64,000 nucleotides of DNA from Dendrobates tinctorius (taxonomy: Eukaryota). Made by a program: the position numbers and the translations under genes. Of the stretch, positions 35,876 to 49,600 are shown one piece after another (the stretch's first letter is position 1; each line of letters starts with the position of its first letter). The notes under the pieces are model-generated. The model saw only the letters and a program-made list of their open reading frames with translations. It did not search any database and was not told the origin of the DNA. The DNA lies in contig NW_027361825.1 in NCBI RefSeq assembly GCF_039654945.1, forward strand, positions 23,808,001 through 23,872,000. The letters are read 5' to 3'.

Positions 35876-37445
35876 CCCCTCTGGCAAAAATCGAGACCAC
35901 TGCAAAACTTTCAGTTTGTCTGATTTTTCTCTTTATAGGTATATTTTTGAGTGAAATGTAAGTTGCTCTTTTATTCTATAAACTACTGACAACATGTCTT
36001 CGAATTTCCAAACAATACATTTTGTATTTATTTTCAGAAAATTAGAAATTATCAAAATAACAAAAAATGCAGTGCTTGCAGATCTCAAATAATGCTAAGA
36101 AAACAAGTTCATAATCATTTAGACACAATACTAATGTTGTAACTCATGAAGAGTTCAGAAATCAATATTTTGTGGAATTTTTAATCACAGCTTTCATGCT
36201 TTTTTACATGCTTTCCACCGGTCTTTCACACTGCTTTTGGGTGACCTTATGCCACTCCTGGTACAAAAATGTAAGCAGTTCTTCTTTGTTTGATGGCTTG
36301 TGACTATCCATATTCCTCTTGATTACATTCCAGAGGTTTTCTATGGGGTTCGTCTGGAGATTGGGCTGACCATGACAGGGATTTGATGTGGTGGTCCTTC
36401 ATCCACACATTGATTGACCTAGCTGTGTGGCATGGCGCATTGTCCTGCTGAAAAAACAGTCCTCAGAGTTGGGGAACATTGCCTGAGCAGAAGGCATCAA
36501 CTATTTTTCCAGGATAACCTTGTATGTGGCTTGATTCGTCTGTCCTTCGCAAAGATTAACCTGCCCAATTCCAGCCTTGCTGAAGCATCCCGAGGTTACC
36601 GATCCTCCTCTAAATTTCACAGTGGGTGCAAGACACTGTGGCTTGTACGCCTCTCCAGGTCTCCATCTAACCATTAGACGACCAGGTGTTGGGAAAAGCT
36701 GAAAATTAGAGTCATCAGAGAAGATTGCCTTACTCCAGCCCTCAAAGGTCCAATCCTTATGGTCGTTGGCAAACTTCAGCCTGGCTCTCCGTTACTTCTC
36801 ATTGATGAAAAGCTTTTTTTCTAGCTTTACATGACTTGAGCCCTGCCTCTAGGAGACTATTACGAACTATTCTTGCCGTGCACTTCACCCCAGCTGCCAT
36901 TTGCCATTCCTTTTGTAGGTTGCTGAGTGACATTCGAATAAGATGAGTCATCCCGGTCAGTGGAGTCGTCTTCACCATCTGCCAGTCTGCAGCTTTGTTG
37001 ACCCCAATATATGCTGCTTGACCTTGGTGTAATTGACTGCCTTCTTAGAAATTTTAAGGATGGAGGCCACATGATGCTCACTGTATCTCTCTGCTAGTAA
37101 AGCCAGAATTGAGCCCTTCTTTTCCTCACCCAAGACTTTTCAACTCCTTTGGCATGGTTAAAGGTTATCTTTTCATTCCTATTACTTTTGGGATATTACT
37201 AGCACTTGTTTTTCATGTAGCTTGTCCTATTGCAAGAGGATTGTGAACACCACAGCAGTGTTTTTATAATTTCCTTTGTTAAATAAGATTTGGTTCAGGT
37301 GATCACCTAATCAGAAGCACATTAAGTAGAATGAGGTGTACTCTGGTTGGAATTCAACCGACACTGGAATGGAATGGCTGTCAGACATGTAGAGAAGCTG
37401 ATTTTATAAAACTGTGCAGCAGTCTCTTAATTTTTGCCAGAGCTG
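35876..37445 (-). mobile_element. Decayed Tc1/mariner transposon
   Basis: Inverted termini CTCTGGCAAAAAT...GAGACCACTGC / GCAGCAGTCTCTTAATTTTTGCCAGAGCTG; degenerate transposase motifs on the minus strand (FSDDSNF, QQDNAPCH). Confidence 0.75.
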
Positions 37446-37939
37446 TGTATATATAAGACCACAACCACTTTGGCATCTCCCCTGAGGAAGCCACCCTTTG
37501 TGGCTATACGCATGGAGACCTCTTCTCCCTGAACCATGCTGTAGCTGGGTCTTTTCAACATGTCTATGTACAGGTTATCCAGTTCCGCCTTTCTCTATGT
37601 GGGATTTTCTTGCTTTTCCTAAGCTGCAATCTATTTACAAAGCTTTAGCCAGCCTACCTACATACATATTTTCTCTCAGCAGGTCTGTATACCCTCAAGT
37701 GTGTGATCCCGTGACTTATTTTGTAATGCCCTTAGTCTCCTCTGTTTATACGTTATCATTCACACTTGCCACCTGAATAAGAAATCCGTGATGCCCTTTA
37801 AAGATCCCCGGCTTCAGTAGTTCTCCATTTATTGTCATTCCCTGTATTTTCATTATTATCAGAGAGAAGTTCCACAACACGACCAACTATCTCCTTTGTT
37901 TCCCCAGATAAAATATCCATTACACATCACAACTATAAG

Positions 37940-39880
37940 ATGGCATCTGGCTTGAGTACCACAATACGACGAAAGAGTGAAAAGGTTTCTAGTCTTGAGA
38001 TGACCTCATCCAGTTTGTCCATGGACCACTGCAAGTCTAAGGTGTGGAACTACTATACAAAGTTGGGCGATGCCTACGTGGAATGTAAGGTCTGCAAGAA
38101 ACAACTGTCGTTCCATAATAGCACCACGACTATGAGGGAGCATCTGGTGAGGAGGCATAGCCTCCGAAGTATTGGCGTTCCGCAAACTAAGGAACAACCT
38201 GACCTTGACTACCATGAACGAGAAGGGGCCGTAAAGAGGTTACGACAAGCAGTCCCAATAAATAGTATATGCCCTTCAGTTTCAGAATCACGACCACAGA
38301 CCATCGCTAACCTGATATTGGAGATGATCTACCGTGACCTTCATCCTCTTTCGGTGGTAGAAGATAATGGTTTGGGTCTTCTTCTTGGCTATTTGGAACC
38401 AAATTTTGACCCTCCAACCTCAACACAACTAGCAGACATGTTGTGGCACAAATATACGGTCGTTAAACAGCAACTCAAGTGTTGTCTTCAGTCTTCCCTC
38501 TCTGTCGTCCTCTCCATTGAAACGTGGGATGATCACCCAAAGAAGTCTTGTCTTTCGATCACTGCCAACGTAATTGACAATGACTGGAGGTTATGTAGGT
38601 ACTTGCTGGAAACGCAACACAATCTCCAAAACAAGAGTGACCACAACCTGTCAGAACGATTATATGCAGTCCTGACAGAGTTTGGATTATCTAGTAACCT
38701 CGTGACCTGCGTTGTACATGATCAATCGGCATCCTTGACGGCTCATGCCCAATCTTTCAGAGTCTCATATGGGTGGGCAAGTTTCTGCTGCACTGCTCAT
38801 GTCCTCCAGCTTTGTGTGCAAGCAGGACTGGAGGTCCAAGATGTGAATGAAGCATTGGGTGCCTCTAGAGGGTTGGTCAGCTACTTCCAAGAAGACTTCA
38901 AAGCCAGCTGCTACCTCGGTGCCAAGTTGGAAGCTATGAACAAACCCAGATTATCCATGGATACGGAACGATGCTGGATTAGCACTTTAGAGATGTGCCA
39001 GAGTTTGCTGGACCTCAAATGGGCAATCCTTTCAATTTTGGAAGAACAAGGTGCTAAGAACTTGTCGGAGCAGCATTGGAAGTTGCTACAAGACTTGGTG
39101 CCCATGTTGAAGACTATATGGATCGCTACGGCATTCCTACAGGAAGAACAAAATGCCTCCATTTCTTCACTGTTGCCCTGCGTGCACGGCATCTTTATGG
39201 CAGTCAGCCAAACCTCTGAAGGCATCTCCAGTGTTAAAGCTGCTGCCTGTCAAATCCGCTCTGAGATCTGCAGACATTGGGATATGTTGGATGAAGAGAA
39301 ACTAATAACCAACCCTTCTGCAATTGCATCCTTTTTGGACCCTCGATTCAAAGAGTTGAGGTTCCTTAAACCATGTGCCAGAGGAGAACTGCACATCACT
39401 GTGAGAAATATGCTAACACAGATGTGTGAACCGTGCTCTTCTCAGCACTCCTGGATGCCAAACAGCTCTGCCGTTGAAGGTGGTGTTGAGACCTTTCAGT
39501 TGGCTGTGCGGAAAGATAAAGGACCAACAGTTGGGTCTGAAAATGTATATGACCTTCTACTGGGAAGAGATCCAACAGAGAGCATGCCCGAGGCTCACCA
39601 GCAGCTGGAGAACTACATGGTGGAACCTGTCTCTAAACGTACCACGGATCCTCTAGCGTGGTGGAACAGTAACAGTCACCGCTTCCCGACATTGGCTCGA
39701 TTAGCACGGCAATATCTGACTATGCCGGCCACTGCTGTAAAGCCGGAACGTGCCTTCAGAACAGTACCAGACCCAATGGAGAAACGCTGTGACAGTCTGG
39801 AATCCAAGTACATGGACCAGATCCTTTTCTTACACCACAATAAAGACTCGGTAGACTTGAGCACAAAACTGAGTGTCTGA
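37940..39880 (+). CDS. ZBED-family protein: BED zinc finger plus hAT transposase-derived domain and C-terminal dimerisation domain (646 aa from this ATG)
   Basis: Uninterrupted ORF with BED finger SKVWNYY...CKVCKKQLSFHNSTTTMREHLVRRH, CTAH motif, ASFLDPRFK and DPLAWW...FPTLARLARQYL...PERAF. Kozak AAGATGG at 37940; splice acceptor TTTCCCCAG at 37907; AATAAA ~40372. Confidence 0.9.
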   Translation: MASGLSTTIRRKSEKVSSLEMTSSSLSMDHCKSKVWNYYTKLGDAYVECKVCKKQLSFHNSTTTMREHLVRRHSLRSIGVPQTKEQPDLDYHEREGAVKRLRQAVPINSICPSVSESRPQTIANLILEMIYRDLHPLSVVEDNGLGLLLGYLEPNFDPPTSTQLADMLWHKYTVVKQQLKCCLQSSLSVVLSIETWDDHPKKSCLSITANVIDNDWRLCRYLLETQHNLQNKSDHNLSERLYAVLTEFGLSSNLVTCVVHDQSASLTAHAQSFRVSYGWASFCCTAHVLQLCVQAGLEVQDVNEALGASRGLVSYFQEDFKASCYLGAKLEAMNKPRLSMDTERCWISTLEMCQSLLDLKWAILSILEEQGAKNLSEQHWKLLQDLVPMLKTIWIATAFLQEEQNASISSLLPCVHGIFMAVSQTSEGISSVKAAACQIRSEICRHWDMLDEEKLITNPSAIASFLDPRFKELRFLKPCARGELHITVRNMLTQMCEPCSSQHSWMPNSSAVEGGVETFQLAVRKDKGPTVGSENVYDLLLGRDPTESMPEAHQQLENYMVEPVSKRTTDPLAWWNSNSHRFPTLARLARQYLTMPATAVKPERAFRTVPDPMEKRCDSLESKYMDQILFLHHNKDSVDLSTKLSV

Positions 39881-40904
39881 GGGTCACATGCTCACTGCCT
39901 GGTCCTTGGCACAAAATACTGGTGGCAACAAACCTCCTACTCCAGACACTAGAGAAAAATGCCACCACACTTGCTCTTATTCCACGCCATAGGATAGGTG
40001 ATAACACCACTGATCACAAGGATGGGGATCTCAAGCCCATGCTCCATTGGCCCTCCATTTATAAGGGGGACTTGGGGACCCGTTCTGAGCTGCCAAACAA
40101 TACCCTTTACAAAAAAGCTTAACTGAGATTTATTAAAACTGCTCCGCACCAACCAGATACTGGCTCTCAGGTTGTTGCTCCAGTTTCAATAACTCCACCG
40201 CAATGCCTCTACTACTGGGCAGATTATCATGAAATCCATACAGTTCATGCACATGCACTTTGTTTTTGTTTTATTTTTTTTTGTAGTGAAATTTTAATGC
40301 CAAAATACAAACCTCACCCCTTTCCCTAAATAACTTATCGATCTGTTTTGCACGTAATTTAAATGTTTTGTAATAAAATAATTTTGCTACTGCAGACGTT
40401 GGTGCCTGATTTATGACGCATCTAGTTGTGTAAGTGAAGAGACATTTTTCCAAAATTGATGGAAAACACTAATCTTTCATCCTCTTTCTGTCAATTCCAG
40501 ATTTCCATTATTGCCAAAATTAAGATATAACACTTCACCACAAAGCTGCGTCTTACCGGCTGCAAAATCTGCATTGAGATGCTGCAATGTAAAATTACCA
40601 CAGTGCCAACTTCTGACTGTGCGTTTTTTTTGTTTTTTTTTTTTGCAGCATTTTGCTTTTATTCTTTATTTTCCCACCTGAATGGGTGAAAAGTGATGAA
40701 AGAATTGACTCTTGGCAGATTTGAGAAAATGCATGCAGCCTCCGTTCCCACAATGAGTTTTTGATGTTACAGATTTTCTGCACGTATTCAGTTGTCTGTC
40801 GTCTTTTTTTTTTTTTTTTTTTGTCTCTTACGTATGGCTTGTTTTCAACAATTCTGCTTTGTTTTTGGCATTTCCGTGGGTCTACCAGCCTTATATATGC
40901 CTAC

Positions 40905-41180
40905 TAGTGATGAGCGAGTATACTCGTTACTCGAGACTTCCCGAGCATGCTCGGGTGTTCTCCAAGTATTTGGATGTGCTCAGAGATTTAGTTTGTCACC
41001 GTAGCTGTGTGATTTGCGGCTACTAGACAAACAGGAAATCCCCACATGTATTCAGGCTGGCTAGCGTCCGCAAATCATGCAGCTACGGCGACAAGCTAAA
41101 TCTCTGCGCACATCCAAATACTTGGATCACCCAAGCATGCTCGGGAAATCTCGAGTAACGAGTAGACTCGCTCATCACTA
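40905..41180. mobile_element. hAT-type MITE (TAGTGATGAG family)
   Basis: TIR TAGTGATGAGCGAGT...ACTCGCTCATCACTA; degenerate 8-bp TSD ATGCCTAC/ATTCCTAT. Confidence 0.8.
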
Positions 41181-42774
41181 ATTCCTATGTCACCGGAGAC
41201 CACCGTGTCAATCTGGGCAGTGTAGTCTGTACAATAATGTGTGAATTTACCCTTAGATTAACCATACAGTCTTCGGGGTAAGGCTCGGGTTTTTGCAGTG
41301 TCTGTCACCATGCAGATCTCTGGTGCACAACCCATTACCGCTGTGCTTTGGCCTAATGCTGACATTTGCTGCGTCTCTTTAATATTAATGGGTACTGACC
41401 TGTTTTTTTGCTTTTTATAACCTAGAAGAATTTTTTTTTCCTATCTCCAAAGATTCAACCTCTTATAAAAAGGTCCAAACCAGGAACCACAGGTTTATTG
41501 TTTTAAAAACATTTGTAAAAATACAAAACATAAGTTTCCTTATCATTAAATCAACAGGCAGGAAAAACTGAGTAGAACGATAGGTTTCGTGGGATCAAAT
41601 TTCATACAATGAGATTAATGGATCTAAATTCCTGCTTGCTCTGGGCTTATGAGTATTGTGGGCGGTCCAAATCAATGCACCGCCTACTGGACTAATAAGC
41701 CCAGAGCAAGCAGGAATTTAGATCAATACATAAGTTTTCTTGTATCTTTTTCCCAGAAACCTATATATCATGCTGATTACAAATGAGGCAGAATTGTCAC
41801 CATGACTGATTCCCTTTTAAAGTATAATGCTTCTTTAAAAAAAAAAAAAAAAAAATGGATGTCAGCTCTTCTGCAGGTTACTCTTGGGAGATTTTTGTAA
41901 CTGAACCATTCATCTGAATGGAGCTTGCAGGAAAAACAAACCCTGTTCAGATGTTTTGGGGTATTGTTTTTTTTTTTTTTTTGTTTGTTTTTTAGACCAA
42001 TTCCCTACATGTGACCATCTCATTATCTCTGACTAAAAACAGAATAGAAATGAGTACTGAGAATAACAGAGAATGTGTTTAGTTTAAAAATAACTCTCCA
42101 TAGAACTCGTTGCTGTTAACCAACCAACATGGTTTCCAAGATCTCTGCTTGCTGTCGTTCGAAAGGAACTTTCGTTGTCGTGCGGATGGACGCACAAGAG
42201 CGAGACTCATTACTACGCCAGTATCTGTATCTCATATAACCACAACAGCATTGTGAAAAACGAGGGTTCCTAATTAATAACAGCAAGCGGAGATCTTGAA
42301 AGTCAAAGTATATTTTAAAAACTTGGTTTAAAAAAACCTCAAACATTATTTTCCAAAATTGTGAAGTGGTACATATCTTGTAGATCATAAAGCTTGGGGC
42401 CTTGTACCGTATTTTGTTCCTTTTAAAGGATGTGTTCAGGACTAGAAAAAGATGGCTGATGTTCTGCTGAAAAACACTCACATCCATCAATGGGTTGTCA
42501 GGTATGGCAGCTGAGCTTGGCGATTCAGGCCTACGGTAGTTGTAATACCATACGTAACCAATGAACAGGGGTGGTGCTGGCTTTTGCGTGGAAAGTTTTG
42601 TTTTTTTGTTTTGTTTTTTTTTAACTCTGGACAATTTTTTTAAAGCTGCGGCTTCTTAGCTGGGTCATCAGACACTTACTCCTGGTTCTGTGGTCACAAG
42701 CCACCCAGAATACATTCTCACTACCTCTACATGTCGTTTTGAGGTATGCAAAATAGTTTCTCGAGGGTGGGTGT

Positions 42775-42807
<33 letters not shown>

Positions 42808-43563
42808 TATCCCGGAACTGGGTTTGAAAAGTTGTCTACAGCTAAGATACTGAAGACCAATCCTTAGGGCCCAACAGTTGTGGTCAGCAGTGTTATTGCC
42901 TATGGCAGATACTGCAGGCTCAGTGCCTGTGAATGGGAGCTGAGCTGTGGTGTCATTAGCCAGCGACTAACGCCTGATTTGCTGGGGGCTGCTGGTTCTC
43001 TGAACCACCACTGATCTGAGCATAGGTCATCATTATCTTAGTCCTGTACCACCCCTTTAAGAGAACCACATCTATTTCAAATTCTGTCTTTCTTTTAACC
43101 ACCCAGCACACCACACATGGGGTCGGAAACAATCAACGGAACAGGGCGTAATAAACAATCAAATGCAAAAATACCATAAAATGTGTTGTAAACCTCGGAG
43201 AGCGATGCTGGGAGCAGTCTGCTCGGCTGCTCAGCAATGTATCTGGGCCTCTTGTGCTGGCCGCTGACAGTTTCCTTACTGCCACGATCTCCGGGTCATC
43301 GCTGAGATTAAACTGTATCAATGAAATGTAAATCTATGGCTCCTCCATGGGAACCCAGTGTGAGAGTCCAAGTTCTGGAAATTGGAGACGGGTCGAAATA
43401 TTTGGGTGCTTTACGGAGTGCAGGGGAGAAAATAAGCAGCCTTCACAGATGATCCAACCTGCTGGGTCTCTATGACAAGTGGGTGAAGCTAAAACTGGGG
43501 CGTCCCAGTCTTTAAAAAAAAAAAAAAAAAAACCTTGATCCCGCTGTCTACCACAGTGGCAGT

Positions 43564-43672
43564 TTAGTAGATGGAGTGATACTGCGACTTGTAGTGTAAG
43601 GTCCTTTCTCTTTCTTCCTGCAGTCGGTGCTTCTTCATATGAGCGTTGCGGCTCTTCACTTTGTCAAACACT
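43564..43672 (-). CDS. znf541: znf541 last coding exon
   Basis: (R)[20 protein letters not shown]...HSIY*. Confidence 0.9.
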
Positions 43673-46600
43673 CTAATAAAAGAAGAATATTGGTAGTTAA
43701 AGGCTTTGGGGAGAGGAGGGTCTGAGCCCAATATTCCCACCTCTTTTCAGAACAAAACTGACTTCTTGTTATAGATGATAAAACTCAGCTGGCCCTGTTT
43801 GGATTTTTCCAAATTTGCTGAGAAAAAGGTAAAGATTCAGTTTCTGAAAACCCTCTCTTCACCCGACTGCAATTTGTTTAAAAACAAAAACAAAAAAAAA
43901 ATTAAATGCCTAGTCCACCTTCCCAGGTCCAACGCTGAGTCTTCACTGCGGCTCCCGATGTCTGTTGTTGTCTGCAACACTGACATCATGTGCGCTAAGC
44001 AGCTCGTTCAATCTACTCAGGCAGAGCCGTCAGCATGATCTCAGTGCTGCAGATGACACCGGGAGCAGCAGTACATTGACGCCGGACCCAATGAGGGTGA
44101 GCGAAGAACAGCCTCAAACTGAGGCCAGGTTAGAGTGGTATTAGGAAGCTAAGGGTATGTGCACACGGTGCAGATTCTGCTGCGGATCCGCAGCAGATTT
44201 AGGTGCGTTGTACAGTATCATTGTTTTCAATGGTAAAATGCTGTGCATATGCTGCAGATTTTTCCATGCGGTTTTGCTGCGGTTTACAATCCGCAACATG
44301 TCAATTCTTTTGTCCAGAAACGCTGCGGTTTCACACCTCATCCAATATGAGGTGTAAAACCGCAGATAAACCGCAGGACTTTAGTCCTGCGGATTTATCT
44401 GCAGTTTTCACTACAAAATCCGCAGAGGCAAAAAACTGTGTGTGCACATAGCCTTCTGGGGGCAAAAAACATCCAAAAGTGGAAGATGCTTCAAGAAACT
44501 CAGTATCTCTGGCATTTTGTAAACCTGAAGGTGCACATATCCCTAGTCAGTCTACCATTGGCTGTCAAGTAACTAGCCAATCCCTCTGCTGCTTCGCCCT
44601 AAAATGTAGACCTGGCAAATTGCTTATATTGCATCAATTTCCGATCAGCTGGAATTTGATGTTTAGGACCCCCACCAATCCTGAGAATAAGGGGCACTTT
44701 GCCCTGTACAGCTAGGTGAGAAATCTAAATGTTTGGGTAGTGTAGGGCCTTTTTCAAAGAGAAAATGCACTTTTTTTTTTTGCCTTGATAAAGGCCCTAC
44801 GTTGCCGAAATGTTGTGATTTTTTTCTGCATTAATAAAGTTACCAAAAGGAGGAGGATGGCTGGTGCTTGGGTTTCTGGACTTCTATGTATCTCTACAAC
44901 CTAGTGGAGGATAGCACCAAGTGTTGTCCGGGCACAGAGTGGTGCACGAGACTCCTCTATTGCAAATATACTTGTACAGCTGGGTGGCTGGAAGTGCAAC
45001 CATACAGCATGGGAAAGGCCACTGGTGTCATGCCCCCAGAATGGGAAAGGGCACTTGTGTCATGCCACCTCTGCACAGTAGCCACTGATGGGGTCCCGGA
45101 GCTTGGCTCCTCACCAATCACAAGGTGACAGCACTTCCTCCTGACAACATCACCCTGAGATACAAATACCCTATTAATGTCTCTTGTTCTGTGTTTTTGT
45201 GGGCAGATGCATTGTGGCCCTATTATATACCTGTCACACAATTGACATGGAAACTTTATATGGTTTTCTTCTCCTGTTTCCTTCTGCTCCTTGGCTTCTG
45301 TCTTCTTGCTTTTCACTTCTGCTCCACCATGAGGTTCCTATTTCCATGAGATCAAGATTAGTCCGTATGATGGCCGGACACTAGAGCAGAGACCTCTTCC
45401 CTAACTTACCTTTATTCCCTGAGGCTCTTCTGTATCCCAACCCTGATCTGTGCAGAGTGCACGTTCTGGAGTGGGAGATGGGCGTCTCTCGAAGCTGCCT
45501 GTCTTCTTCCAGGTGTAGTAGTACTCCACACACTGGTGAACGCTCTTCCCAGGGATCTATAAGTCAATTTGGCCATTACTTTAGGACAAGGAGCGATATA
45601 TATCACATTGATATCTGGGCAGTGTTATACCTTGACCCCCTTATCTTCTCTGATATTTTCAGAATGAGCTATAGAAGTAAATGGAGAGCACCTCACATGA
45701 ATGGTGACCTCACAATTCCAAGGCCCTTGTCTGGAGACTTAAATCCTCAGCCCTGCACATTGATACTGCAGGAGCCCACAGCTCACACAATGTCACTGTG
45801 CGCAGGCGCCCCATGATGCCATCCTGTCTGTAGTGGCCGCTTGCTGCACACAGGATCACTCAGCAGGGGATGACTGATGCGGACAGGAGAGGGAGATGAG
45901 TGCATTCTGACACACTGCATTTGGCTCCTGCAGTGTCAGGGTACGTGTGATCTCTGCTGTCAGTATCAGCCGTCCGCTGATGTGTGCAGCCAGTGCCTGC
46001 TGCGGACAGGACAAGAGGCTCAGAGGGATCTGCACACAATGGCAATGTATTGGCGCTCGGCTCCTGCAGTGTCAGTGTGTGCCACACTGAGGATTAAACA
46101 CAGACTGTGCTCCTTGGAATGCTGTTAATCATCATAAGGTGAAGGGTGGAAAGTGGTAATTGCAGGGGTGGAACGATGCACCGAGCACTTGGCCGTGTCA
46201 AGAGTGCACCAAAGCGACTAATAAAACTGTAGCGGGGACTTTGCCCCTATAAAAATGTTACTTGCGCCACAGATTTGGATTTTACCTAACTTAGGAAAAA
46301 AATAAGTCCCCTCTATAAAACTATAAATGGTTAAATTTCAATATTGGAGGCGACAGACTCCCTTTTGAATGGGTTGCACAAGTGACAATCATCACTCCTT
46401 TCTTTCAGGAGCTGAGCTTTGCCCTTCACAGGTTGTTTGCTATTGTATTTCAGCTCTACTTCGGTGAATGGAGCGATGATTTTCTAATTATGGACAAACC
46501 TTTTAATCAGATCGGTCTTCCACTGCTATCAACCCGTGTAAACTATGGGGCCTGCCTTAAAACCCCTGCACCAAATGCAAGGATGGCTATATTTTATTTT

Positions 46601-49600
46601 TAAGGGGTTATCTCAATATCATAAATTGCAAACTATTTGTAGAAACCAGCAACTTTTCAATTTACCTCTTATTAAAAAATCTCAAGCATGGAGGGATTTT
46701 TGATTTATATAGTTTGCTGCTCGATGCTGAGGCTACTGGCAACCTTTGCAGACTGCCAGTGGTCGCCGATTCCTAGGCAAGGAGAGCAGCACTTTCATCC
46801 TCTTTGTACAGAGCTTGTGAGCGCTGCTCTGAAGCTGTCAGTATTGCATGATTCAAACAGCTTTGGTGCCCCTGTGCTCCTCCAAGGCTGCAGTGGAAAA
46901 GCTGAGTCTACTTCTTCCAAGACAGAGCACACAGTTCGGGCCGGTGTTGTCGACATGAATTGTCAATCATCAGGAGCAAACCTTCTCCAATCAGCAAGAA
47001 TACTGGAGGCCGAGGAGCGGTGCGCTCGCCGGAGAAAGATCTTGAGACGACCGCTCTAATTTCTTTTTAATGTTCCTTTGAGTGTCTGGCTGGGTGTAAT
47101 CTTACCATGGTCTGTATATAAGAGAAGTTCTTCCTTGCCTTGCAGTAAGCGTTCTCAAACTGCCACTTCTCGGTTACTGACCAGTGATCTGAACCTGCAG
47201 AATAATCGATAAATCAGTGTGCAAAATGATACTGGAAAATCGGCCAGGACTATAATTACAGCGAAGAGCCAGAAAGATGTCCCAGAGCGAATTCTAGTAG
47301 CCCATTGGGCTAGTACTATACAACGACGTTGGCCACAGCACAGGGAGTGCGGCCATAGATTTCTGTACATCGCTGCTATTGCATTGTGACCTGCCAGGTA
47401 CAGCGAGCGGTCAGTCAGTCGGGACCAGTTGGATATTTTGCTTGTCAGTACCTTGGGGGTCACACCACTTCCCCACTCACTTGCATTATGCAGAGAAGTA
47501 GCAGCAGCACACAGCAATCCATGGCTGCACAATCGGTATTTTATTACCTGCATAGTGATAATCTACAAGACATCGAGGAAGAAATCTCTGGTGTTCTTTA
47601 TCTAAAAGTTTCTCCAGCGTCTCCTAAAGCAGAACATGAGAGAATCAGTGGAGCTTCTGACATCCATATCATTTATTTCACTTTTATGATGGAGACCTAT
47701 ATAATTTTTTTTTTTTTTACACCTCCACATCACCTTACATGTTGGAGTATGGAACGGGTTAAAGAGATGATCCCGCTCCACACCATCCAAATGCTGCCTG
47801 CGTCACACAGCCGGAGTCGGCCTTGAACAGCAGCGGGTGCAGTGGACTGCTGCTGTTAACCTCTTAAATTATTAATCTTTGACAAAGTGCATTTAAAACA
47901 TGCAGTCCATGGTGCTCGTCGTTCTGTGCACCCATCAGTTTCCCTGAGATGCAAGAGCTGTTGGGTTTTCATTTCAGCCAGGAGACTGACATAGAAATCT
48001 GTGAGTCTTCTCTATATACTGCAAATCAAAATGGCAAGATTTATCCTCTTTTCTTGTTTTTTTTTTTTTTTTATATGATTTTGTTTTGCTTTTTGACATC
48101 TTTGGGAAACTTTATAAGTAATAAAGCTGACACAATGGTATGGAGTGTCTAGTATATCTAAGAAATATTCCCTATCCTTCTAGGCCATGATTGGGTTTAA
48201 ACAGCTGTGATTGGAGTTGGTTCTGATTCTGGCTCAGCTGTATGATGCATCTGATAACCTGCTGCCAAACGTGCAGGTCCTGTGCCATCCGCATGCTGTA
48301 CATTTGTGTGAGGAGTATCGCCCACCAGTGCTGTAAATGTATGACATGGAAAGCAAGGAAAAAAGTGTGCCTAATGGCACTGTTCCATCGCGCGTGCCAT
48401 CCGCTGCACGTACCAATACAGAACCGTTATTGGCAATGACCTATAAAGCAGGTTGGAGACTGAAGGACTCACCAAGACGTTGCCCCGGCTAAAATGCAGA
48501 CAGTGGAGGGCGAGCTCCAGGTTGCAGCCTCCTCCGGGTACAGCACTGGAGCAGGCAAGTTTGATAAGATGGGAGACTAAGGAAAAGAGAGACATTAGTG
48601 ACTGAGAGGGAATCATGGAGACAAGTATGTGACAATAGTGAAACATTAATCCCATCTGATGTGCCAGACAACAGGTTATAACAGCCACAGTGTGGAGACA
48701 TTCATAAAAGTCATCTATACAGAAAAGTGGATCTTAAATGAGCACCTTCAGTGCAAACTTCAGCCTCGTGCCCGATGATGGAAAAGTAATGTCAGGGGTC
48801 CGTAGACTTCCATAGGCCCAGGTGCCGTACACTGCAAAATGTTTCCCGCAGAGGAGCAATGTATTTCATTACATGAAACGCCTCGAGCCTCTAATACAGG
48901 CTCAAGACGGATTGCGCTTGGATGGGAGGATGGTCCTCCGATCCTCCGTCATCTGGCCTCAGAAGGCCTCCATATGCTGTGTACAAGCCGCATTCATAAA
49001 TGTAACCCCTTCCAGCATCATGCCACACATTCATGGCTCTCGTGGGTGGTACTTCCTGAGCAGCGTGAGTATCACTCAGCCCGCACCTTCATCAGCTGTC
49101 ACCCAATGCGGCAATGGCCGGGTCTGACGCCAAATCCACCCAATCCCCATACTTAACCCCTTAAATACTGCAGACAAAAGTGACTGCAGCACCTAAATAG
49201 TTTTTTTTATTTCTCCCTTTGTAAGGTCTGGGTCAGAGGTGTAGAGGGGTTACTATGACCCCTAGTTTTGCCAATGATGGGAGCCCAATAGGCACTGCCT
49301 ACGGCAGTGTGACACATCGTTAAAGAGGTGGGATACAATATCTATGGACAGACAGGTAGTAAATAGTGATGAGCGAGTATACTCGCTGCTCGGGTTTTCC
49401 CGAGCATGCTCGGGTGTCCTCCGAGTATTTTGGCATGCTCGGAGATTTAGTTTTCCTCCTCTCAGCTGCATGATTTGTGACTTGTAGACAGGCTGAATAC
49501 ATGTGAGAATTCCCTAACGAACAGGCATTCCTCATGTATTCAGCCTGTCTAGCAGTCGCAAATCATGTAGATAAGACGACGCAAACTAAATCTCCGAACA

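Noticed and set aside
37832-37939. ORF-track start of the ZBED ORF at a TTG
   Set aside because: Non-ATG start upstream of a strong splice acceptor at 37907; most likely intronic.
42116-42634. 172-aa minus-strand ORF
   Set aside because: No domain or splice support; overlaps poly-T and decayed MITE-like sequence.
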